Source: an uncultured Methanosarcinaceae archaeon (GTDB lineage: Archaea > Halobacteriota > Methanosarcinia > Methanosarcinales > Methanosarcinaceae). From it: 64,000 bases of DNA. Below, in pieces: positions 11,932 to 21,707 of this stretch. The number at the start of each line of letters is the position of its first letter. The stretch's first letter is position 1. The stretch lies in contig CAVRJG010000041.1 of assembly GCA_963721455.1 (NCBI GenBank), positions 59,665 to 123,664 of the forward strand, written 5' to 3'. The translations under genes and the position numbers were made by a program. The notes beneath the pieces are model-generated. The model was given only the letters and a program-made list of their open reading frames with translations. It had not been told where the DNA came from and searched no databases.

Positions 11932-13260
11932 ATGAACAAAAATAATAGATTAAAGGTAATGCCCCGGTTGTTAGGGGTGCTGCTTTGCCTGGCATTAATA
12001 CAGGCGGCGTGTGCTCAAACGGAAGGGTCTGACGAAAATTTAATTTTCGGTAATGTTACTTACGAAAATGGAACTTATGAAAATGCTACCCTTGAAACAG
12101 GATCAATTTACGAAAATGTAACTGATGGCAATGTAACTGGTGAAACTGTCACAGTACATACTATAAATCCGACTTATCTTTCTATGTATCTAATGTCGGG
12201 AACTGGCGAAAAATCCGCGGTTAGTTTCAAGAATGAAGGTAATGAAACACTCGTTATAACACCGAAAGTAGTGTCTATGTATAACAGTGGGAACAACATA
12301 ATTGAAAGCTGGATCACTATATCTCCAACAAACGCAACAGTAGAACCAGGCGCAGTACAGGAATTTACAGTTGAAGTAAATGTCCCCGAGGATGCAGAAA
12401 GCGCGTACTATCAAACAGCTATAGCCTTCACAGATGATCTTCTGCCAGACTCCACAGAATCTGTCAATTCAATGAGGCTTGATATCTCAGTCCAGGCTAG
12501 TCCGAAAATCGAGCTTCAGACAGGTTATCTCTCTGATACCGTTGAGGCAGGACAGGAATATGAGTACAAGATAAAAATCAAAAATGTGGCAGACAAAGAC
12601 GTCACCATTGATCCTAAAGTGGCCAGATACATGTATGATGGTTCATCTAATACACTTGCTCTCAGTGATGATGCAATAGTGATCTCTGCCCCTTCAGTTA
12701 TAAAAGCAGGTGAAATCATTAGCATGACCATTAAGGTGCCTGTTCCGGAAAATGCGACAGGATCGTACAGCGGGAACATCGGAATGAATGTTGATGGAAA
12801 AGCTAATGATGGATACACCCCGCAAATAGGTATGAACTTCAGGGCTATACAACAGCCTGCAGTTCCGTACGTGAAAATCTTCAACACTACGAGTACTGCC
12901 CCGATAACCATTGAAGTTTCGGCTGATACTTACGACCCGGCTATGGGATTGCGTATTTCTCCTAAAAGTGAAGAACCGTCTTTTAAACTAAAACTGAAAT
13001 ATAATTCCCATTCTGTCCGCATATCCCCTACAAAAATAACCCAAAGCAACAATGTAAACATTGGGGGATACTATTTCCCGGCATGGGCGCTGGATAACAA
13101 CACAATCTATCAGAACACATACAATCATTATGTAGAAACATATACAGTTCCAGGGGCAATAGGAAAGTGGGAACTTTCTATTATGCCGAAAAACACGGAA
13201 TCTTTTGGATATTCGATCACGTCGGAAAATCAAGATAAAAAACAGCACAAATTGAAGTGA
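11932..13260 (+). CDS. Secreted/cell-surface beta-sandwich glycoprotein
   Basis: Signal peptide LLGVLLCLALIQAACA, many N-x-T/S sequons, two Ig-like/NEW3-like repeats. Confidence 0.7.
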   Translation: MNKNNRLKVMPRLLGVLLCLALIQAACAQTEGSDENLIFGNVTYENGTYENATLETGSIYENVTDGNVTGETVTVHTINPTYLSMYLMSGTGEKSAVSFKNEGNETLVITPKVVSMYNSGNNIIESWITISPTNATVEPGAVQEFTVEVNVPEDAESAYYQTAIAFTDDLLPDSTESVNSMRLDISVQASPKIELQTGYLSDTVEAGQEYEYKIKIKNVADKDVTIDPKVARYMYDGSSNTLALSDDAIVISAPSVIKAGEIISMTIKVPVPENATGSYSGNIGMNVDGKANDGYTPQIGMNFRAIQQPAVPYVKIFNTTSTAPITIEVSADTYDPAMGLRISPKSEEPSFKLKLKYNSHSVRISPTKITQSNNVNIGGYYFPAWALDNNTIYQNTYNHYVETYTVPGAIGKWELSIMPKNTESFGYSITSENQDKKQHKLK

Positions 13261-13325
13261 AAAATTATGGTAGGTTAGCAGGATTTGACTCTATATATTC
13301 TGAATCCTGCTGCCTATATTCCTTA

Positions 13326-13396
13326 CCCGAGTTCCGCTTCCCGAGTTCCGCTTCGGGAGCACGGGGTCCTTCTCGCTGCGCTCGAGAGGACTAATT
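13326..13396 (+). repeat. REP-like intergenic repeat, copy 1
   Basis: cccgagttccgcttcggg hairpin followed by gtccttctcgctgcgctcgagaggact; related copies at 21576 and 32146. Confidence 0.75.
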
Positions 13397-13413
13397 CATA
13401 AAGATAAAACTAA

Positions 13414-13531
13414 TAGGACTTACGCACTTGAAGTACAAAATCAAGCATAATCGGCGTTGTGACTGGGGTGGTATTTTATTCAGTTAGAGGTTTAATGCTA
13501 TTGATTTCTCAGTTCAACCGCGTAAGTCCTA
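13414..13531. mobile_element. MITE with TAGGACTTACGC terminal inverted repeats
   Basis: taggacttacgcacttga ... tcaaccgcgtaagtccta, TA at both ends, non-coding interior. Confidence 0.8.
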
Positions 13532-13607
13532 TATAAGGATAAAAATAAGTTACACTCAAGAGGACTAATTTAGAAAGATTACTTTCAAAACTATAAATTA
13601 AAAAAGG

Positions 13608-13803
13608 TGGGGCTGGTGAGATTCGAACTCACGATCGACGGGTATCTCCGAACAACTGCTTTCACAGTTTTAGTTCTGGTGAGCATCTATCAGTGCTCCA
13701 ACGGTTCCTCATTATCCTGCCCCGTCGGGCAAAACTCAGTATACCCGTTGTTCATCATTTATCCGCTGGAGCCCATCGCCATGCCGGGCTAGGCCACAGC
13801 CCC
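13608..13803 (-). tRNA. tRNA-Trp(CCA) with 122-nt intron at 37/38 (13644-13765)
   Basis: Acceptor GGGGCTG/CAGCCCC, anticodon arm ATGGG-CTCCAG|A-CCCGT, T arm GTGAG-TTCGAAT-CTCAC. Confidence 0.95.
13644..13765 (-). ncRNA. Box C/D guide sRNA encoded in the tRNA-Trp intron
   Basis: C ATGATGA (13758-13752), D' CTGA (13739-13736), C' ATGAGGA (13712-13706), D CTGA (13693-13690). Guides ACGGGTAT and CCGTTGGAGC are complementary to the two exon-intron junctions. Confidence 0.9.
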
Positions 13804-13900
13804 TTAACAATGATACTTCACAAGGATATTGAAATGTCCTTTCTCTTTTAAATAGTTAACGGCAGGAAACAGGTTTCACATACCGAAATGTAAAGAGAAG

Positions 13901-13984
13901 CGCCCAGGGCAGGATTTGAACCTGCGCTCTCCCAAAGAAGAAACGGTTTTCGAGACCGTCGCCTTACCACTAGACTACCTGGGC
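13901..13984 (-). tRNA. tRNA-Ser(CGA)
   Basis: GCCCAGG/CCTGGGC acceptor, ACGGT-CTCGAAA-ACCGT anticodon arm, long variable arm, GCAGG-TTCAAAT-CCTGC. Confidence 0.95.
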
Positions 13985-14095
13985 ATTTTGCTTTAATGTA
14001 GATCAAACTTTCCGGGCATTGCCCGACGTTCCTGATGCAGGATTAGTGAATATGCTTTCTCTCTTATATATCTTATTATTAGCGGGTTCTATTCC

Positions 14096-15442
14096 TTAAA
14101 AATCAAAAAGTGAACTCTGGCCTGCATTATTATCCGATTCTTCTTTTTCTATTTCGTCTGTCTCTTTTCGAGGCTTTTCATTACTTTTTTTCTCGGGTTT
14201 ACTTTTTTTCCCGGGTTTTATCTTTTCAAGGTCTGCAAATGAAATCTGTCCATTGTGCCGGGGGTTTCCCGCTTTCAGGTTTTCAGGCAGCTCAAGCCAG
14301 CCATACTGTCCCCCCCCGCCAGGGTGGATTATAACATCGCCTTTCCTGAAGGCCAGGATCGCGTTTACTATCCGGTCATCGTCCACTATTTTCAGGGCGT
14401 CAGGTTCTGCATAGATAAGAGCTTCAACCTCGTTTCCGAAGCGTTCTACAAGCTTATTCCAGGCAGTTTGCACACCTTTTGTCTGGACGCCTGCATGGCC
14501 GAGAGCCATCTGGATTATCTCTGCAAGAGGAATCAGGTGAAGATAAGGGGGGCGGTGGTCAGGGTGCCTGGGCTCTTTAAAATCTGCAAGTTCGTTGATG
14601 CGGTCCAAAACCCCTTTCTTTATTATGCCTCCGCATATCGGGCAGCGCCATTTATTCTCAACTGCTTCAGGCAGAGCATACTGAGTAAAACACTTAATGC
14701 AGGCTGACCGGTTGTATTTGCCTTCTTCAGGAAAAAACCCCACATTCAGAGTAGCCCTGTATCCCTGTTCCCTGAGGATAGCTTTTTTCAAGCCGTCAAA
14801 GGTAATCTCAGGAACCTCAAACTGCGTGAACTCCCTTGCCAGTTTATTTGTCGAAGGGGAATGGGCATCGGAATTTGAAAGAAAAGTCAGGCGGTGCAGC
14901 TCTCTGATCCGATCTGCATAATCGCTGTCCGCACTCAGGCCAAGCTCCAGGAAAGAAATGTAATCTGTCATATCCCCATAGCAGCTTTTCAGGTTGTCGT
15001 GATAACCGTAAAGTGCTGTCCAGGGGGTAAAGGCATGGCAGGGTCCGATAAGTGCTCCAAGGTCTTTTGCAATTTCTGCAATTTCACTGCCGTCCAGCCT
15101 GATACTGGGACGGCCGTCGGCTTCAAGGTTGCCGAAAGGAGCAATGCGTTCTGCCAGTTCTTCAGCCTTTGAAATTGAGGGTAAAATGAGAAGGTGATGT
15201 ACGCGTTTGTTGTCTTCTATCTCGGTAGTAGGGATAAAATAAATGTCTTCGATGCGGATTTCTTCATCCGAAACGGCTGCTTTCTTGATTTCCTCGAGCC
15301 ACTTCGGATGAGTGCAGTCTGCAGTGCCTAACAGTTCCATCCCCTTTTTTGAAGCCTCCCTGGCAATTGTCGGCAATTCCATCTTTCTGGAAGATGCCAT
15401 GGAGTACTTTGAATGGAGATGGAGGTCTGTATTGACTTTCAT
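14096..15442 (-). CDS. Endonuclease Q family (TIGR00375) PHP-domain protein
   Basis: DLHLHSKYS, SNSDAHS, EGKY, CxxC..CPxCGG..KGV, PGGGGQYG; C-terminal PIP-box-like QSSLFDF. Confidence 0.9.
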   Translation of the reverse strand: MKVNTDLHLHSKYSMASSRKMELPTIAREASKKGMELLGTADCTHPKWLEEIKKAAVSDEEIRIEDIYFIPTTEIEDNKRVHHLLILPSISKAEELAERIAPFGNLEADGRPSIRLDGSEIAEIAKDLGALIGPCHAFTPWTALYGYHDNLKSCYGDMTDYISFLELGLSADSDYADRIRELHRLTFLSNSDAHSPSTNKLAREFTQFEVPEITFDGLKKAILREQGYRATLNVGFFPEEGKYNRSACIKCFTQYALPEAVENKWRCPICGGIIKKGVLDRINELADFKEPRHPDHRPPYLHLIPLAEIIQMALGHAGVQTKGVQTAWNKLVERFGNEVEALIYAEPDALKIVDDDRIVNAILAFRKGDVIIHPGGGGQYGWLELPENLKAGNPRHNGQISFADLEKIKPGKKSKPEKKSNEKPRKETDEIEKEESDNNAGQSSLFDF

Positions 15443-15508
15443 TTCCTTCCCTTTTACCAGAGGCTCTAATCTTTAGTTCCTGATTTTTTTCAGTTATATA
15501 ATCCCGTC

Positions 15509-16279
15509 TCAGCCTATGTAGCGCAGGTCTTCTTCAGTAGGTTTGACTTCCGGGTAGGTCTGCTGCTCTTCTTTTTCCTTTAGCTTGTCCAGGATGTTTT
15601 CCATTTCCTCTGCTTTTTTCTTAAGGGAGTCGGTGTTTACTTCGATCCCGAACATTTTACAGAGTACCTTTAAAAGAAATTGGGCACTCTTAGGATCCAT
15701 AAGATATCCGGGTGTCATACCCATAAGACAGGCAGCGTCAATGCCTCGCATCCTGCTGAATGCTACAAGCAGGCCCGATGCCCCTACGATCCCTCCGCTG
15801 GGTTCGGATTCCCTGAATTCTACCCCATACTTCTTGATCTCTTCGATCAATTCCGTATTATTGGCAACTCCGAGGACTGTTTCTTCGTAGGTCAGTTTGC
15901 CGGTGGGATAACCTCCGAGCGTGTAGATTCTGGGTACTCCGAACTCCTGTGCAATGTCAAGGTAAAGAGAGCAGAGTTCGTAGTGCCCCTGCGAGGTAGT
16001 GCTCTGATGGTCTCCCACAAGGAAAAGGATATCATTCCCGTTTGCTTTCCCGTGGTATATTATGTTGCTTACCGGGCGGACCGTACAGTCTTTATTGACC
16101 AGGACCTGAGGTGGAAAATGCGGGGAATAAACCTCCATAATTTTTTCCGCTTCAAGTTCATCTACCAGGTGCTCTGCCACCAGCTTGCCTACGAGCCCTA
16201 CCCCTGGAAGTCCGACTACCAGTATGGGTTTATTGAGCTCTAATCCTTCTTTCAGGCGGACAAGTGTACTTTGCTGCAT
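15509..16279 (-). CDS. Proteasome assembly chaperone (PAC2 family)
   Basis: GLPGVGLVGK, FPPQV, GDHQ, TLGGY, DPKSA; C-terminal HbYX motif YIG. Confidence 0.9.
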   Translation of the reverse strand: MQQSTLVRLKEGLELNKPILVVGLPGVGLVGKLVAEHLVDELEAEKIMEVYSPHFPPQVLVNKDCTVRPVSNIIYHGKANGNDILFLVGDHQSTTSQGHYELCSLYLDIAQEFGVPRIYTLGGYPTGKLTYEETVLGVANNTELIEEIKKYGVEFRESEPSGGIVGASGLLVAFSRMRGIDAACLMGMTPGYLMDPKSAQFLLKVLCKMFGIEVNTDSLKKKAEEMENILDKLKEKEEQQTYPEVKPTEEDLRYIG

Positions 16280-16288
16280 AATAATCCC

Positions 16289-16444
16289 TTATCCTTTCTT
16301 TGCCAGTCTGCGGTACTTACCGTAAGGGTCCTTAGGAGAAAAGCGGGCCGGATGTGCGGAGAAAGCTTCTCCCCCACAGACCGGACAAATTTCCCTTAAA
16401 GTGTACCTGCCGCAATTTTTGCATTTGCGGATCTTTTGTCCCAA
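16289..16444 (-). CDS. nop10: H/ACA RNP protein Nop10
   Basis: Missed by the ORF track. TTG start, MGQKIRKCKNCGRYTLREICPVCGGEAFSAHPARFSPKDPYGKYRRLAKKG. Confidence 0.93.
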   Translation of the reverse strand: MGQKIRKCKNCGRYTLREICPVCGGEAFSAHPARFSPKDPYGKYRRLAKKG

Positions 16445-16450
16445 AGGGTA

Positions 16451-17266
16451 TCACGCCTTTGTTGATTCGATGTGCCGCTTGAAAATCCCATGTCCGCCAA
16501 GCTTCGAAATGGTATCGACTGCTATCTGGGCAGATTTTTTAAGGACCGATTCGGCTTTCTTGTAATCCGGGGCTATTACTTTGATCCTGTATCTAGGAGC
16601 CCCTGTGTAACTTACTTCGAGCCTGATATCTTTTCCATCCACATCACTGATAGAGTTTGCAGCACTGAGCGCTTGCTTTATGACCTCTATGCCGTTTGGA
16701 AGTTCGCAGGTCAGGTCCACATATCCTGCTATGTCTACGAAGGGCAGTTTGATATTTTCCCCTGCTATTTTTATTATGCTCTTTAAGTCTTTCTTATTGA
16801 TTTTGATCCCTTTGAAGGCTTTTTCCCCTTCGATAGCAGCTTCTTCAAAGGCGGCGTATGCACTTCCGAACTCTTCTACGAGCCTTTCATGCAGAGTTTG
16901 AATTTCACTTTCATCGGTCTTGGTCTCTTCAGCCACGAACTGGAGCCACTTGGCGGCTTTTTGCTCGTTCTTCCATTCCTGGATTTTAGCCCGCCGCTGG
17001 TGCTCGTTCACGTCTTTCAATGAAAGGTCGATGTGGCCGCGGGAAGGGTCCACGTTCAGAACCTTGCAGACGATCTTCTGCCCTTCCCTTACGTAGTCCC
17101 TGACGTACTTGACCCAGCCTGCTTTTATTTCGGAGATATGGATGAAACCTTCCCTTGCTCCGAATTCCTCAAGCTCGACATAGGCTCCGAAATCCGTTAC
17201 ATTCTTTACAGTACATACAACAAATTCTCCGACTTCGGGCCAGTTATCGTTTCCCATTCGCACCAC
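16451..17266 (-). CDS. eif2a: Translation initiation factor 2 alpha subunit
   Basis: S1 domain WPEVGEFVV..GFIHISEI..GHIDLSLK; YTGAPRYRI. Confidence 0.97.
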   Translation of the reverse strand: MVRMGNDNWPEVGEFVVCTVKNVTDFGAYVELEEFGAREGFIHISEIKAGWVKYVRDYVREGQKIVCKVLNVDPSRGHIDLSLKDVNEHQRRAKIQEWKNEQKAAKWLQFVAEETKTDESEIQTLHERLVEEFGSAYAAFEEAAIEGEKAFKGIKINKKDLKSIIKIAGENIKLPFVDIAGYVDLTCELPNGIEVIKQALSAANSISDVDGKDIRLEVSYTGAPRYRIKVIAPDYKKAESVLKKSAQIAVDTISKLGGHGIFKRHIESTKA

Positions 17267-17329
17267 TTCTCAAATTTTGTCTTTTATTAATTTTTACTCT
17301 AAGTCTGTAACGTGCTTTTACCGGTCCGG

Positions 17330-17806
<477 letters not shown>

Positions 17807-18205
17807 TTACACCTTTTTAATGATTATTGGTATTGTAGCTAGCCTTCTCCGGCTTTCGCGGAAAGGCATTGTAATATACAGTTATTCAACAATAGAGTTA
17901 TTCAATATATGTACGGCGTTTACGTATGACGTTTTGATCCTGGGAAGATCTTATTTTGGAAGCCTTTGATTAGATGAACTTGAAAATTTTCCAACCTCTT
18001 TTTGTCTCGATATCACGATTGGCAGTCTTTTATCGATGACGAGGTCAGAGCATGCTAACAAGGTTAAGCTACACAGATATAGCTACACATATAAATACTC
18101 ATACTATTGCCTGATAGGCTTTCCTGCCTGAACTTAACATTTTCAAGGTTTTCAAACTGGCTGCCTTCCTTTTTTCAAGCTAAATAAGCTGTAAATCTCA
18201 GGAAA

Positions 18206-18913
18206 TTAATCTTTTCCGGAATTTTCCTGCCCGGCAATCATTTTAGCTGCATTGCGCTTTATCAACCCTGTTGCGTTGAGTTGCGGCAAAACAACGACTT
18301 CTTCGGCACTGACCGTATAATTCCGGCCGTCTGCACCTGTGAAAGTAGGCAGATCCTTCAGCATTCGAACAACAACGTATTCTTCATTTATATTATTTTT
18401 GTCTGGCCCTGTCCCGGTTTCATTTCCGGCTGCCGTTCCGGAGATTCCCTTTCCTGCCCCCGTTTCTCCCTTGACGCTGGCAGAAATCGGTCTCCCACCT
18501 CCCAGTTCGGGCCAGGCTGCAATCTTTTCGGAATCAGGGTACAGAATAGGGCCTAGAAGCTCTATTTTTGCGGCATCAACCCCCTGCAATACAAGGTCAT
18601 AAAGCCTTTTTTCCGCAGGAAGCAGCTTTTCAATATCCTTTGAAATAGGTTTGTCTGCATGGGACTGGATCGTTGCCATGGTAATAACCTTTCCTATCCT
18701 TTTCATGAAGATAGTTTCAAGGGCAGAAAGCGCTCCTTCATGCTCGTCGTGGAGCATCTTGGACTCAGTAGAACGGGAATTATTTACTTTCTTGATATCT
18801 TCATCAAGCTCCCGGATATATTTCTCAGCTTCCAGGTAAAAATCAGCCTTAATTGCCTTCAATTTCTGGTTCTGTTCCTTACGCAGGGTTTGGCTGATTT
18901 CTTCTATATCCAT
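18206..18913 (-). CDS. GINS complex subunit (GINS15/51-like)
   Basis: Helical A domain plus C-terminal VRMLKDLPTFTGADGRNY B domain; conserved position between priS and rpl44e. Confidence 0.8.
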   Translation of the reverse strand: MDIEEISQTLRKEQNQKLKAIKADFYLEAEKYIRELDEDIKKVNNSRSTESKMLHDEHEGALSALETIFMKRIGKVITMATIQSHADKPISKDIEKLLPAEKRLYDLVLQGVDAAKIELLGPILYPDSEKIAAWPELGGGRPISASVKGETGAGKGISGTAAGNETGTGPDKNNINEEYVVVRMLKDLPTFTGADGRNYTVSAEEVVVLPQLNATGLIKRNAAKMIAGQENSGKD

Positions 18914-20123
18914 ACTCTGCAACACCTCTACAAATCAGATACACTGCCGCATACTCCGGAACTTCCTGTATGCCCTCTTCTATTCTTAAATCCTTGCCCT
19001 TCATCTGTACCGAAAAAGGCTTTGAAACTGTTATTTTTACCGGCCTCTCGCCAAAGACAATAGCATCATTAAGCGGATCAAATTTCTCTAACTCGGATAA
19101 AGCAAGTTTCTTCACCAGCATCCCGGACCCGCCATGAAGGGAACCCGGCACCCGGATCAAACGTTTGATGTCCGCAGTCACAGGCTCGTCAACATTGGCT
19201 CCGAATCTGTGCAGAAAATCCTCAACTGATTCACGCATAAAATAGGCCGCAATATCCTTAAAGTTTCTGACATCAAAGTCCAGCCTTCCTCTCTCCAGGA
19301 TGTCCTTTAAGCCATTTTCGCTATTCGTAATATTGATCAGTTTTTTTACTGTAGTATCCCCGACCTTCTCATGCCTGCGAAGCTCAGGGAACATGTCCTT
19401 CTTGTATCTCTTTCCGCATTCGGCTTTCATATAATCCGTAAGATAGAGCGCAATCCTTTTTCCCCACCCTGAATCATATCCCAAAAGCGTACACTTCATT
19501 GGCACATTCTTTATCCCTTTGAAAGCTTTTGACCCTGTCCCGAACTCTCCATCCATCGCAACTTCCTTAAAAAAATATTTGAACTCTAGATCCTTGCCGC
19601 TTATATAATTCACTATTTCCCTTCTCTCGGCACTCCCAAGCGTCAGGACTTTCGGGCTCGTAACGTGGAAATGGTATCCCCTCCCCCCGGAAAACACCAG
19701 CTCAATTTCCTGTTCTGAAAACCCGAAATCGTCTAAAAGAAAATCCATGAGCTTGAAAGTTTCCTTCTTCACAAGCTCAAGCATATCCGCATAATTTCTC
19801 GGAGCATTTGGCAGGTGGTCCGCATCAAGGTCGAAAATCAGTTCCGCCCCAAGCCAGTTCTTTTCATTCATCTTCTTTGCGTCAGGATATTCATAATACG
19901 CAGTCGAATTGTAAACGTGCGCGGGAGCCATGCCGTAAAGATAATCAAGAGCTTCTCCGGGCGAGCCGAAGGACTTGTGCCTGTGCATCATCTTTTCAGG
20001 CATATCGTCATAGAAAATAAAAGCCCATTCTCTGTTAGGCAGGTGGTCAGGGAGACCTATTTCGGCATTTTTGTAATATTTCTGAAAGCGAGACTTCAAA
20101 AAACGGGCGGTTCGACTGTCCAT
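18879..20123 (-). CDS. priS: DNA primase catalytic subunit
   Basis: REWAF, ELIFDLDAD, FSGGRGYHFH, DEPVTADIKRLIRVPGSLHG. Confidence 0.97.
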   Translation of the reverse strand: MDSRTARFLKSRFQKYYKNAEIGLPDHLPNREWAFIFYDDMPEKMMHRHKSFGSPGEALDYLYGMAPAHVYNSTAYYEYPDAKKMNEKNWLGAELIFDLDADHLPNAPRNYADMLELVKKETFKLMDFLLDDFGFSEQEIELVFSGGRGYHFHVTSPKVLTLGSAERREIVNYISGKDLEFKYFFKEVAMDGEFGTGSKAFKGIKNVPMKCTLLGYDSGWGKRIALYLTDYMKAECGKRYKKDMFPELRRHEKVGDTTVKKLINITNSENGLKDILERGRLDFDVRNFKDIAAYFMRESVEDFLHRFGANVDEPVTADIKRLIRVPGSLHGGSGMLVKKLALSELEKFDPLNDAIVFGERPVKITVSKPFSVQMKGKDLRIEEGIQEVPEYAAVYLICRGVAEYGYRRNQPNPA

Positions 20124-20453
20124 GGTTTCCTGGTTACTTGGGTTTTGAATCTTATTCAGGGATTTAATCAGGGATTTAGTTTAGGGTTTTGGTTGGGTTT
20201 TCCTAAGATAGATCAATCTCATATTTTACTTTTGGTTATATGAGTTTTTTTAAAATAGTTTAATAGCCCCTTCGGGTTTAGGTAAATTCTTCCTTTGTAT
20301 GATCTTACTTGCACCGGTTTTTTAGTCAAGGGTATTCCGTGGCAGTAAGGTTTAATTTTTAACATGCACAACAATAAATTGCTAGGAATCATAGAAACCG
20401 GCAAATCGAAACTGGCAAATAAAAGCTGACAAATTAACGAAAAACTTCATGGA

Positions 20454-21299
20454 GTGGGTCTTGTGGGAAGCAAATCAAGTATTAAAAATTATATTAATAC
20501 AGTTCGATACTACCTGAAAAAAGAGAAGATTAAAGAGAAAAGAGACGAAATTGAAGAGCTATCTATCCTGGCAACGTCCGAAAACCCGAAAAATATTGAA
20601 GTATTTACCAGCCCTTCTACAGGTATGGAATTTGTACTGATTCCAGCCGGTGAATTTGATATGGGTTCACCTTCCGAAGAGAAAGACAGGTCAGATTATG
20701 AATCTCCTGCCCATAAAGTAACAATTAAAAACTCTTTTTACCTTGGTAAATCCTCTGTCACGCAAAAACAATGGAAAAAAGTAATGGGGAATAATCCTTC
20801 CCACTTTAAGGGCGAAGCCCGGCCTGTTGAGATGGTTTCCTGGGAAGACGTTCAGGAGTTTGTCGCAAAACTGAATGAAAAGGAAGGAACTGATAAGTAC
20901 CGCTTACCCTCAGAAGCCGAATGGGAGTATGCCTGCAGGGCTGGCACACAAACAAGCTTTTCTTTTGGTGACGATGAATCAAAACTTAATGAATATGCAT
21001 GGTATGCCGAGAACTCAGGTAGTAAGACTCACTCAATTAGCCAGAAGAAACCAAACTCCTGGGGACTTTATGATGTGCATGGGAATGTCTGGGAATGGGT
21101 ACAGGACGAATGGCATGAAGATTACAATGGAGCTCCTTCAGATGGAACCGTCTGGGAAGATGGAGACAGCTCAGATCGGGTTTCTCGTGGGGGAAGCTGG
21201 TACTGCAATACAGAATTCTGCCGTTCGGCTGGCCGCTTCAGGCGCGAACCTGAAAGCCGTTTCGGCAACCTTGGCTTTCGCCTCTTGAGGAAATTGTAA
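20454..21299 (+). CDS. FGE-sulfatase (C-type lectin fold) domain protein
   Basis: IPAGEFDMGS, RLPSEAEWEYACRAG, PNSWGLYDVHGNVWEW, RGGSW..GFR. Confidence 0.92.
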   Translation: MGLVGSKSSIKNYINTVRYYLKKEKIKEKRDEIEELSILATSENPKNIEVFTSPSTGMEFVLIPAGEFDMGSPSEEKDRSDYESPAHKVTIKNSFYLGKSSVTQKQWKKVMGNNPSHFKGEARPVEMVSWEDVQEFVAKLNEKEGTDKYRLPSEAEWEYACRAGTQTSFSFGDDESKLNEYAWYAENSGSKTHSISQKKPNSWGLYDVHGNVWEWVQDEWHEDYNGAPSDGTVWEDGDSSDRVSRGGSWYCNTEFCRSAGRFRREPESRFGNLGFRLLRKL

Positions 21300-21575
21300 C
21301 CTCCTTTCCTACTTTACAACTCATACTGCCGCAAACGATCCCAACTTTATTCGTAAAGCGAAGCTCGAAGGCTCGAAGCGTGCGAAGCCGCCGGGCTTGA
21401 GGTGCTGAGCCACCCATCTTTAAAAATATATTTAGGTTTAATCTGACAGTGCTGCTCTTTTTGGAGTTTTTGGGGACGAAAAGGCCGTTTGCTACGCAAA
21501 CGTGACAAGAAACGTTTAATGAAGTATTCCGGTTGCCCTGTTTTTTTTTCGAAAACCTTAACCTACAAGGTGTTA

Positions 21576-21652
21576 AGTCCTCTTGAGCGAGCGAAGCGAG
21601 GAAACGGACCGCGTACTCCCGAGGCGCAATTCGGGTGGCGCAACTAGGGAAG
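21576..21652 (-). repeat. REP-like intergenic repeat, copy 2
   Basis: Reverse complement CCCGAATTGCGCCTCGGGAGTACGCGGTCC..CGCTTCGCTCGCTCAAGAGGACT matches copy 1. Confidence 0.75.
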
Positions 21653-21707
21653 CTCTAATCGGCCTGGACAATAGACTTATACATGAATCCTCTCTTATAT
21701 CCACTTC

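Noticed and set aside
13607-13792. 61-aa ORF
   Set aside because: Antisense to tRNA-Trp.
20124-21707. A complete DGR at the FGE gene
   Set aside because: I found no reverse transcriptase, Avd or AAC-rich template repeat in the window, so only the target signature is reported.
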